This document shows positions 19,658 to 28,633 of a stretch of 61,350 bases of DNA, in pieces. Below the pieces are notes generated by a model. The model did not search any database. It saw only the letters and a list, made by a program, of their open reading frames with translations, and was not told the origin of the DNA. A program made the translations under genes and the position numbers. How positions within the stretch are numbered: the stretch's first letter is position 1; each line of letters starts with the position of its first letter. This stretch comes from an uncultured Anaerolineales bacterium (GTDB lineage: Bacteria > Chloroflexota > Anaerolineae > Anaerolineales > UBA4823): positions 1 through 61,350 of the forward strand of contig CALBUI010000046.1 in the NCBI GenBank assembly GCA_937968125.1, written 5' to 3'.

Positions 19658-20161
19658 TTACCAACCTTCAATGAAGGGGACCCAATCCTTGTTTTGATTT
19701 AAATGCCTGGCGAAAATATAGGCAGCCGAAGACGGGGGTTCAATCGGTTTACGCAGGAGACGCATATGCGCTTGATCAAGCGTCCGGCCTCCTTTGCGGT
19801 GATTGCAAGTTGGGCAGGCTGCAACCAGGTTGCTCCACTTATGCCTGCCGCCCTGGCTGCGGGGGATGATATGGTCAATTGTCATGTGCGGCACTTTTTG
19901 GCCACAGTATTGGCAGGAGTAATTATCCCGCCTCAAGACCTCACGCTTGCTCAGCTTGACCCGAATACGCGGCCTTTTGATCATCCTTTCCAGGCGAATG
20001 ATTGAGGGACGCGGGTATTTTTCGGATACGGTATGGATGAAGCCGCGACCGTTTAGGATGAGCGTCGCTTTACTGGTCATCATCAATCCGAACGCTCGAC
20101 GCGTATTACAGATATTTAGCGGCTCGAAATTGGCGTTTAAGACCAGGACTGGTTCCAGCAT
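19658..20161 (-). CDS. HNH endonuclease (stand-alone McrA-like family)
   Basis: VLVLNA.FEPL, RRDNYSCQYCG, TIDHIIPRSQGG, NLVAACPTCNHRKG. Confidence 0.92.
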   Translation of the reverse strand: MLEPVLVLNANFEPLNICNTRRAFGLMMTSKATLILNGRGFIHTVSEKYPRPSIIRLERMIKRPRIRVKLSKREVLRRDNYSCQYCGQKVPHMTIDHIIPRSQGGRHKWSNLVAACPTCNHRKGGRTLDQAHMRLLRKPIEPPSSAAYIFARHLNQNKDWVPFIEGW

Positions 20162-20280
20162 GATTGCACCTTAACTTTGCGAATTATAGCATGCAAATGA
20201 TTAGGTCTGAAGCGTAGTTAATGATATTTTCGCCTTGTCTAATAATGGATAAACGACCAAAATCCTTTATAATCTACCCT

Positions 20281-20811
20281 GTGAACACCATCTCAGAGGT
20301 GCAGATTTTCAAACCAGAGCTAGTTTCCAGGCGCAGTGAATTGATCGCCTGGTTAAGCGCTGTATTGGTAAACGGTACCTGGATTGTATTGTTACTCTTG
20401 GGTCAGCCTATGTCTTTCTGGCTTCCCATTTTAGGTATTCCATTGTTGCTGATTGCCTTTGGTATGAGCCTTGGTAATTGGATGGACCGGCATACGTTCT
20501 TGAAACTAGAATCTCAGGGGGTTGCCTTTAGCAATGGCCTGCGAAATGTGCAGTTAGCATGGTTGGAAATACAGGAAGTGAGGATATTGCCAGCCCAATG
20601 GGGGCAGAAGGTACAGGTGTTTGGTGAGAAATCGTATTTTGGTTTTCACACCTTGGGAGAAGTTGAGGCAAATGGAAGGGTATTGGGTCGCACGGGATTT
20701 GTCGAAGGTGAGCACGTGTTAAAACAAATCCTTGAAAGAGCTGAGTTGAGTGAATCAAAACAGATTGATATTGGAAAGCAGCAGGAAGGTTATTATTATT
20801 CTCGTGAATGA
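20281..20811 (+). CDS. Hypothetical membrane protein (2 TM + bacterial PH-like domain)
   Basis: Two TM helices then beta-rich region with GVAF...LAWLEIQEV; GTG 20281 lies 7 nt after TATAAT. Confidence 0.7.
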   Translation: MNTISEVQIFKPELVSRRSELIAWLSAVLVNGTWIVLLLLGQPMSFWLPILGIPLLLIAFGMSLGNWMDRHTFLKLESQGVAFSNGLRNVQLAWLEIQEVRILPAQWGQKVQVFGEKSYFGFHTLGEVEANGRVLGRTGFVEGEHVLKQILERAELSESKQIDIGKQQEGYYYSRE

Positions 20812-20833
20812 ATTCTCTGCATTTGGGCACCTG

Positions 20834-20865
20834 GCGCCCTCTGTGCAGAGGGCGCGTTTTCTTTT
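20834..20865 (+). terminator. Rho-independent terminator
   Basis: GCGCCCTCT-GTGC-AGAGGGCGC followed by GTTTTCTTTT. Confidence 0.8.
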
Positions 20866-20934
20866 CCCAGCGCCATCAACCTCATTTACACCTGATACAT
20901 GCTGGGGAGAGTAACCAACTAAAGGAGGTGAGAT

Positions 20935-22152
20935 TTGGAAATGAATATCGAAGAACAGGTATCTTACTTGATGCGCGGCACGGAGTATGGGGATGAGGAA
21001 TTAAAAGAGGCGATGGCTGACGAGCTGCACCAACGGTTGGTCGAAGCACAGAACGAGGGACGGGTACTGAAAGTCTACTGCGGGTACGATCCAACCAAAT
21101 CTGATCTTCATCTGGGACATACCATAACGATGCGCAAACTGCGCCAGTTCCAAGAGTTGGGTCATGAAGTGACTTTCCTGATCGGGACTTATACATCTTT
21201 GATCGGTGATCCTTCAGATAAGAATAAGCTGCGTCCCCAGCTGACCCCGGAGGAAGTCGAACACAATGCCCAGACCTACGCCCAGCAGGCGTTCAATATC
21301 CTCGATCCAGAAAAGACCCAGATCCGTTACAACGCTGAATGGCTTTCCCAATTGAATTTCGCAGATCTGATCAGACTGGCCTCAAATTTCACCCTCCAGC
21401 AGTTCATTTCCCGAGAAAATTTCAAACTGCGCTGGGAAAAAGGCGATGCAGTATACCTGCATGAAACCTTTTACGCCATTATGCAGGGATATGATGCCTA
21501 TTCCTTGAAAACCGATGTGCAGGTGGGTGGAACAGACCAGCTGTTCAATATCGTCACCGCAGCGCGCAAGGTGATGACCTCCCTGGGTGAAAAACCGAAC
21601 ATTGCCGTCATCATGGGTATCTTACCCGGCACCGATGGTGAAATCCGCATGAGCAAATCTCTTGGCAATCACATTCCTATCCTGGCCCCCCCGGATGAAA
21701 TGTATGGCAAGGTGATGAGTTTGCCCGACAAGGCGATGGGCGTCTATTTCCGCCTGGCGACCCGCTTGTCAGCAGCTGAGATAGATCAATTGGAAGCCGG
21801 CATCGCAGATGGAAGCCTGCACCCTCGGGATGCAAAAATGAAGCTGGCCCGTGAGATCGTGGAGATCTTCCACGATCAGCAAGCCGCGCTGGATGCTGAG
21901 AAGAATTTCGTGCGCGTATTCCAAAAGCACGATCTACCAGAAGATATGCCTGAGTATGCCTTGCAGAGTGGGCAGACCGTGCTGGATGTGCTCGAGGCCA
22001 GCGGCATGATCAAGTCGCGCAGTGAAGGCCGGCGGCTGATCAACCAGAAGGGGGTTCGGTTGGACGGCGAGGTGCTCGACGATCCCAACCAGCCTTTTCC
22101 GCATGCCGGAGTGCTGCAGGCTGGTAAGCGGCGATTTACCAAGGTCAATTAA
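20935..22152 (+). CDS. tyrS: Tyrosine--tRNA ligase
   Basis: GYDPT, HLGH, GGTDQ, RMSKS, C-terminal S4 domain; RBS AGGAGGT. Confidence 0.97.
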   Translation: MEMNIEEQVSYLMRGTEYGDEELKEAMADELHQRLVEAQNEGRVLKVYCGYDPTKSDLHLGHTITMRKLRQFQELGHEVTFLIGTYTSLIGDPSDKNKLRPQLTPEEVEHNAQTYAQQAFNILDPEKTQIRYNAEWLSQLNFADLIRLASNFTLQQFISRENFKLRWEKGDAVYLHETFYAIMQGYDAYSLKTDVQVGGTDQLFNIVTAARKVMTSLGEKPNIAVIMGILPGTDGEIRMSKSLGNHIPILAPPDEMYGKVMSLPDKAMGVYFRLATRLSAAEIDQLEAGIADGSLHPRDAKMKLAREIVEIFHDQQAALDAEKNFVRVFQKHDLPEDMPEYALQSGQTVLDVLEASGMIKSRSEGRRLINQKGVRLDGEVLDDPNQPFPHAGVLQAGKRRFTKVN

Positions 22153-22158
22153 TTTTTC

Positions 22159-22197
22159 AAACCCGCCGGCTGTTGTTCATTAGCCAGCGGGTTTTTT
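22159..22197 (+). terminator. tyrS terminator
   Basis: AAACCCGCCGGCTG...TAGCCAGCGGGTTT stem with T-tract. Confidence 0.8.
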
Positions 22198-22207
22198 CTT
22201 GAAGTTG

Positions 22208-22267
22208 TCAGGTGCCACGCACTTCCAAAGCATGTCCTGAGCTTGTCGCAGGGTGCATGGCACCTGA
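22208..22267. repeat. REP-like palindromic element
   Basis: TCAGGTGCCACGCAC / GTGCATGGCACCTGA, 14 of 15 inverted match, around a 30-nt loop. Confidence 0.65.
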
Positions 22268-22290
22268 TTACTATATCCAGGCAGGATCAC

Positions 22291-22320
22291 TTGACTTGAG
22301 AACAAACGTTCTATTATAAT
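22291..22320 (+). promoter_or_regulatory. sigma70 promoter with embedded LexA (SOS) box
   Basis: TTGACT (22291-96), 18-nt spacer, TATAAT (22315-20); AGAAC-AAAC-GTTCT at 22299-22312. Confidence 0.88.
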
Positions 22321-22359
22321 GAGACTATCATTTGTCCTGACGAGTAAAGGCCTGTTCCT

Positions 22360-22764
22360 ATGACCATCTGGCAGCGAGTTCTGCGTGTTCTGGGGTATGC
22401 CCCTTCATCACGCCTGGCATTCCATGCGGATGAAGAACTGCTCCAATCCCTGCAGACCATCGCTGAGCGCGAACAGCGCCGTACCGGCGAGATCGCCTCT
22501 GAATTGCTCAGCTCAGCTTTGGCCCGGCGCCAGGTGGATGATGGGCTTGTGGATCATTGGCGATTTCTTTCTCCCCGTGAACAGCAGGTGGCAGCTCTGA
22601 CCTGCCTGAACTTCACCAACCGCCAGATTGCCGCCAGGCTGATGATAACCCCGGAAACTGCCAAGACGCATGTGCGCAATGTGCTGCGCAAATTTGACCT
22701 GCACAGCAAGGCGGAATTGCGCCGGGCGCTGGCTGATTGGGATTTCAGCGCCTGGCTTCAGTGA
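22360..22764 (+). CDS. LuxR-type HTH regulator with N-terminal ribbon-helix-helix-like region (no receiver domain)
   Basis: LSPREQQVAAL...TNRQIAARLMITPETAKTHVRNVLRKFDLHSKAEL. Confidence 0.9.
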   Translation: MTIWQRVLRVLGYAPSSRLAFHADEELLQSLQTIAEREQRRTGEIASELLSSALARRQVDDGLVDHWRFLSPREQQVAALTCLNFTNRQIAARLMITPETAKTHVRNVLRKFDLHSKAELRRALADWDFSAWLQ

Positions 22765-22827
22765 ACGGCTCGTTTTTCCCCTCTACTCCTATTCACCCGC
22801 GCGGTTACTCCGAACATTCCCTGCCTC

Positions 22828-22872
22828 TCCCCTGTAAATGGGATTGTCCTCCCTTACTATTTGGGCTAAGTT
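22828..22872 (+). promoter_or_regulatory. Possible activator-dependent, leaderless promoter
   Basis: TCCC-N8-GGGA dyad abutting TTGTCC-N17-TAAGTT; GTG start 6 nt after the -10; no SD. Confidence 0.4.
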
Positions 22873-22878
22873 AGGGAT

Positions 22879-23418
22879 GTGAATACGCTGCTCAACCCAA
22901 CTCCGGGGGATTTACTGTTAGTAATAGCGCCGCATGCAGGCGGTGCGATTATGTGGGAGCTGATCGCCCGCCTGGCTTGCCGGGGCACCGTACGCCTGTT
23001 GGATGGCGGCAATCGTTTCGATGTCTACCGGTGCAATCTGGCGGTAGGGCATGCCCTGGGTGGCCAGACAGGCGATCTGCCAGCCGTCCTGGAACGCATT
23101 CACCTGGCGCGTGCGTTTACCTGCTACCAGCTGGTGGCGCTGTTGAAGCAGACGCCCACAGAGCCAGTCCCCACGCTAGTTCTGGACTTGCTGTCCACAT
23201 TTTATGATGAAAATGTATCTACAGCGGAGAGCTTGCGGTTGCTGCGGGATTGTCTTGCTCAATTGCAGCGATTAAATCACCTGGCGCCGGTCGCCATCAG
23301 CGCTCGCCCGGGCCTGCCTGACAATCGTCCTGAGCTGCTGGAGGCGCTGATGGGGGCTGCCGGTCAGGTCTGGACATTAGAGCCAAACGTGCCCAAGCCA
23401 CCTCCTCGATTGTTCTGA
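22879..23418 (+). CDS. Inactive RecA/RadA-fold protein (ImuA-analogous; PolB2-associated type)
   Basis: VRLLDGGNRFD, LERIHLARAFTCYQL, Walker B-like TLVLD; Walker A degenerate (APHAGGAI). Confidence 0.75.
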   Translation: MNTLLNPTPGDLLLVIAPHAGGAIMWELIARLACRGTVRLLDGGNRFDVYRCNLAVGHALGGQTGDLPAVLERIHLARAFTCYQLVALLKQTPTEPVPTLVLDLLSTFYDENVSTAESLRLLRDCLAQLQRLNHLAPVAISARPGLPDNRPELLEALMGAAGQVWTLEPNVPKPPPRLF

Positions 23419-23465
23419 GGTGCAGGGCACAAAAAGAAGTTGAGAGAGGTTTTTACAAACTGCCT

Positions 23466-23750
23466 ATGGGACGCACACTACCTTCGATCACACAAGCTTT
23501 TTTGCAAGAGCAAGAATCCTTTTCCCGCTTCCGGCGCGCTTTGCGACGCAGCGATCAGCTGGCGCTGGACGACCTGTTTGCCGCAGCCCACAAACACCTG
23601 GCCGCGGCGGCGTATGCAGCTCACGCACTGCCATTTGAAACTTTTTTGCTGGCCATGCTGCTTGAGGAGCACAAGGAAGTCCAACGCCTGCGCGGGTTGC
23701 TCGAGAACCGTTTGGGAGCGGGAAATGGGGGGACAGCAGGGAAATTCTAG
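23466..23750 (+). CDS. Small helical protein of the PolB2-associated type (arCOG07300-like)
   Basis: MGRTLPS...FRRALRRSDQLALDDLF...H...PFETFLLAMLLEEHK pattern, recognised from memory. Confidence 0.75.
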   Translation: MGRTLPSITQAFLQEQESFSRFRRALRRSDQLALDDLFAAAHKHLAAAAYAAHALPFETFLLAMLLEEHKEVQRLRGLLENRLGAGNGGTAGKF

Positions 23751-23771
23751 ATCAACAAGCCCTGTAGTCCA

Positions 23772-23805
23772 ATACTTTGACAAAGTATCTTATACATGTT
23801 AAACT
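23772..23805 (+). promoter_or_regulatory. mtnA operon promoter with palindromic operator
   Basis: TTGACA(23777-82)-N17-TAAACT(23800-05); perfect palindrome ATACTTTG-A-CAAAGTAT at 23772-23788. Confidence 0.75.
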
Positions 23806-23862
23806 CAGTCCGCTTTTGGCAGGAAGGTGTCTCCATGTGGGGACGCTTTGAAAGGGTTAAAA

Positions 23863-24918
23863 ATGCGGACAGTTACCTGGGATTACACTCACCAGCAAGT
23901 TAAGATGATCGATCAAAGGCTGCTGCCGGGAGAATTCCGGGAAGTCAGCTTCACGAGATACGAACAGGTCGCGGACGCAATCCAAACGATGGTTGTGCGC
24001 GGTGCCCCGGCAATCGGGGCATCGGCCGCGTTTGGGATGGCGTTGGCTGCGCAAACCTCTTCTGCGAGCGATATCCAAGAGATGCGAGCCGACCTGGCTG
24101 CTGCGGGAGAAGTGCTGCGTGCAGCACGCCCGACGGCTGTCAACCTCGCCTGGGCAGTTGAACGTATGTTGGAGGCGGCCGGCGACCCGGGAATTGACGA
24201 CGTTCGCTCTCTGCAAGCTGGCATGCTCGATCTGGCGCAGCGTATTGCCGATGAGGACGTGGAGATCAACAAACGCATGGCCACACACGGGGCCAACATG
24301 ATGCAAGAGAATGAGGTCGTCATCCATCACTGCAACACAGGCGCCCTGGCGACTGTCGATTGGGGCACAGCATTGGGTGTGATCAGGATGGCGCATGAAC
24401 AAGGCAAACACCCGCATGTGCTGGTTGATGAAACTCGGCCGCGTTTGCAGGGTGCACGCCTGACAGCCTGGGAACTTGAGCAGTATGGAGTTTCCTATGA
24501 GATCATCACCGACAATGCCGCGGGATACTTCTTGAGCAGCGGAAAAGTAGACCGCGTGCTGGTAGGCGCTGACCGGGCGGCGGCAAACGGAGACGTGGCC
24601 AACAAAATCGGAACCTACATGCTGGCCTTGGCGGCGAAGGATAACCAGGTGCCATTTTTTGCTGTGGTGCCAACTTCTACTGTCGATCTAAAGATTCCGG
24701 AGGGGAAACAAATCCCGATCGAGGAGCGAAATCAGGATGAAGTTTTGAACATTGAGGTGAAAGGCGAGCAAGTTGCACCCGGGGGCGCGGCGGCCCGCAA
24801 TCCTGCTTTCGATATCACCCCTAATCGATTAATCACCGGGATCGTGACTGAGAACGGGGTTGTCTACCCGCCATTTGAAATGAACCTTCATCAGGCGGTT
24901 AGGGGTAGCCAATGTTGA
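23863..24918 (+). CDS. mtnA: Methylthioribose-1-phosphate isomerase
   Basis: IDQRLLP, MVVRGAPAIG, RPTAVNL, HCNTGALAT, ETRPRLQGARLT, NKIGTY, NPAFDITP. Confidence 0.96.
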   Translation: MRTVTWDYTHQQVKMIDQRLLPGEFREVSFTRYEQVADAIQTMVVRGAPAIGASAAFGMALAAQTSSASDIQEMRADLAAAGEVLRAARPTAVNLAWAVERMLEAAGDPGIDDVRSLQAGMLDLAQRIADEDVEINKRMATHGANMMQENEVVIHHCNTGALATVDWGTALGVIRMAHEQGKHPHVLVDETRPRLQGARLTAWELEQYGVSYEIITDNAAGYFLSSGKVDRVLVGADRAAANGDVANKIGTYMLALAAKDNQVPFFAVVPTSTVDLKIPEGKQIPIEERNQDEVLNIEVKGEQVAPGGAAARNPAFDITPNRLITGIVTENGVVYPPFEMNLHQAVRGSQC

Positions 24919-24944
24919 ACGCATACCTCAGGGAGAGCGGATAG

Positions 24945-25904
24945 ATGGAAATCGTGTTGACTGGCTCGATCGCCTTTGATTATTTGATGAAGTTCCCCGG
25001 ATATTTTGAGGATCACATCCTGCCGGATAACCTGGATTGTCTGAGTTTATCTTTTTTGGTGGAGAGCATGGTCCGCCAGCCAGGAGGTATTGCGCCAAAT
25101 ATTGCTTATAACCTGGCTTTATTAGGAGAGCGCCCACTTCTCTTCGCCACTGCCGGTGAAGATTTTGCAGCCTACCAGGATGTGCTGGAAGGTAAAGGGG
25201 TGGATACCTCGGGAATCAAGTTGATTGAAGGGGAGTTCACCGCCTCATTTTTTGCCAATACAGATTTGGCAAATGCACAAATCGCAAGCTTCTATCCGGG
25301 AGCGATGGCTTCCGCAGCGGACTTGTCATTGAATGACCTTGAAGGAAAAAAACCTGAATTGGTTTTAATTTCCCCCAACGATCCCCTGGCGATGGTGCGC
25401 TATGTCGAAGAATGCAAAGCATTGGAAATTCCTTACATCTACGATCCAAGCCAGCAAATTCCTCGTTTGAATGGTGATGAGCTACAAAATGGTTTGGATG
25501 GTGCGCTGGCATTATTCGTCAATAAGTATGAATTTGGCATGGTCCAGAAGAAGACGGGCTTATCTGCGGAAGAGATCAGGGAAAAAACCCAATTCTCTGT
25601 AGTGACTTTGGGAGAAGAAGGTTCGCTCATCTACCAGAAAGATAAAGAAGTGGATATCCCCGTTGTGACTCCGGATAATATCGCAGATCCCACTGGTGTG
25701 GGAGATGCCTTCCGGGGTGGTTTTTTGAGCGGGTACGCCCACGGCTGGGAGTTGGAAATTTGCGCCGAGATGGGTGCCGTGGCTGCGGCATATTGCCTTG
25801 AGCAAGAAGGTCCACAAGGACATTCCTTCACACCTAAAGAGTTCGTCATTCGCTTTCGAGAGCATTTTGATGACCAGGGAAAACTGGATGAATTAATCAT
25901 TTGA
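24945..25904 (+). CDS. PfkB-family kinase, probable adenosine/nucleoside kinase
   Basis: TGSIAFD, GGIAPNIAY, FYPGAM, DPSQQ, DPTGVGDAFRGG; located beside ahcY. Confidence 0.88.
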   Translation: MEIVLTGSIAFDYLMKFPGYFEDHILPDNLDCLSLSFLVESMVRQPGGIAPNIAYNLALLGERPLLFATAGEDFAAYQDVLEGKGVDTSGIKLIEGEFTASFFANTDLANAQIASFYPGAMASAADLSLNDLEGKKPELVLISPNDPLAMVRYVEECKALEIPYIYDPSQQIPRLNGDELQNGLDGALALFVNKYEFGMVQKKTGLSAEEIREKTQFSVVTLGEEGSLIYQKDKEVDIPVVTPDNIADPTGVGDAFRGGFLSGYAHGWELEICAEMGAVAAAYCLEQEGPQGHSFTPKEFVIRFREHFDDQGKLDELII

Positions 25905-27203
<1,299 letters not shown>

Positions 27204-27340
27204 TCAAACAAAATCATTCCTCGCCATTTTGAGCATTGCGTTCAAAGAAGATTTTAAACAAATATCCCAATTCATTCACCTGAAAAGGTGACCTCGAACT
27301 GGGATTATTTATTATTATTCGAGAATAGCTGCTTTTGGAA

Positions 27341-28381
27341 CTATTTACGCAAAACTAATGGTATATAGTTGTGATTCCACCGGAAGATCCAAATCGTTTC
27401 AAAGTCTGAGTAATTTCCTGCCAGATCAATAGCCTGAGCAAAAATCTGGTTCCAGGCCATGTTTATCGAATTGCTGTCGATTGTAGTCGTATATGGCGCC
27501 TGGCAGACCTTATCTAGATTGTGGAAGACCATTGTTGTCGCATCCCAGCGGAGGAAATCGACACAATCTACCTGGAAGTTGTCTTGAACGGACACTTCTA
27601 AAGGGATAGTTTCATTGACAATCTCATAAGTATCACCAGTCTCAACGGGTGAAACCCAGATCAGGTTTGGAGGGGATTGGTCGGCGATAGTGATTGATGC
27701 AGTTGAGCAATCTCCATCACCATCACAGACTGAATAAGAAAACTGGTCGAATCCAAGGAAGGAAGGATGGGGAGTATAAGTAATTGTGTCATCGGGAGCA
27801 GGATTAATGATATAGGAACCATTTGTGGGCTCGCTGATGACACCTAATTGGAGTGGTGTATCGTCCAAAGCAAAATCATTTTGCAGAACAGGAATTACTA
27901 TGGGTGAATATCCATTAATTGGTGGGTAATCATCATTAGCAATTGGTAGCGCATCATTAATATTGGTGAGGGACACCGTGGGCATCTCGAGATTGCCAAA
28001 CAAAGGATCTGCGCTGGTAACGGAACCAAATACCTGGTAGAGGACATCCCCATCCTGAATGCCATCCGCGATCCCAGTGACCTCAATAGTGCGAGGTTTA
28101 TCCCAAGTTCCCTGGGTGAATACGACTGAAGTGGGCAACACTGTCCCTTCAGAGAGATCACTGCTATATAAATCGATCTTCACATTGGCAGTTGGCAAGC
28201 TGTCTAAGACGATAGTAAAAGAATCGCTGCTGCCGTTCTCATCGGTGAATAATCCTTCAGTAGGGGAGACGAGGATAGCTGCGGTTATTTCAGCATTCGC
28301 AGGATGAGTACGCATGCTTAACAGAACAACTAGAATAATGGAGATTGAAGCAATGATTGAAGCGAGAGATCTTTGGCTCAT
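27341..28381 (-). CDS. Secreted Ig-like/cadherin-like repeat protein
   Basis: Signal peptide (..PANA), Calx-beta-like region, PIANDD...VLQND...YTP..F.G.DQFSY repeat, Ig domain, C-terminal YIPLVLRK. Confidence 0.82.
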   Translation of the reverse strand: MSQRSLASIIASISIILVVLLSMRTHPANAEITAAILVSPTEGLFTDENGSSDSFTIVLDSLPTANVKIDLYSSDLSEGTVLPTSVVFTQGTWDKPRTIEVTGIADGIQDGDVLYQVFGSVTSADPLFGNLEMPTVSLTNINDALPIANDDYPPINGYSPIVIPVLQNDFALDDTPLQLGVISEPTNGSYIINPAPDDTITYTPHPSFLGFDQFSYSVCDGDGDCSTASITIADQSPPNLIWVSPVETGDTYEIVNETIPLEVSVQDNFQVDCVDFLRWDATTMVFHNLDKVCQAPYTTTIDSNSINMAWNQIFAQAIDLAGNYSDFETIWIFRWNHNYIPLVLRK

Positions 28382-28513
28382 CTAACCGCCCTGCTCAAGA
28401 TTGTTGCCGGGTTTGATTAAGAATTGTGACTGGTATGACTGCTGAAATTTGTTTTTAAACCCGGAATATTGCTGTGTTGGATGGAGAGGTGAACGAATTG
28501 GAACAATTGGTTT

Positions 28514-28527
28514 AGAACGCTGGTTCT
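28514..28527. promoter_or_regulatory. Candidate LexA box
   Basis: AGAAC-GCTG-GTTCT in a divergent intergenic region, 3 nt downstream of a minus-strand TGnTATAAT (28531-36). Confidence 0.5.
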
Positions 28528-28633
28528 TCGATTATAACAAGATTCACCTGTTGAGCGTGCTATAATCCGGAAAATCCGACAAATGTCTTGGATTCTTAAC
28601 CCATCTTTGCGAGGTAAACCCATTTTTTTTTAA

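Noticed and set aside
19658-20161. HNH gene as homing endonuclease or defence system
   Set aside because: Matches the common stand-alone HNH family; no intron, methylase or repeat context
20812-20934. T-box riboswitch upstream of tyrS
   Set aside because: A terminator is present, but there is no T-box GGTGGNACCGCG motif and only about 20 nt separate it from the upstream stop, leaving no room for stem I
23440-23802. Alternative 120-aa ORF overlapping the small cassette gene
   Set aside because: The 23466-23750 frame has the recognisable family pattern; this frame runs over the mtnA promoter and has no motifs
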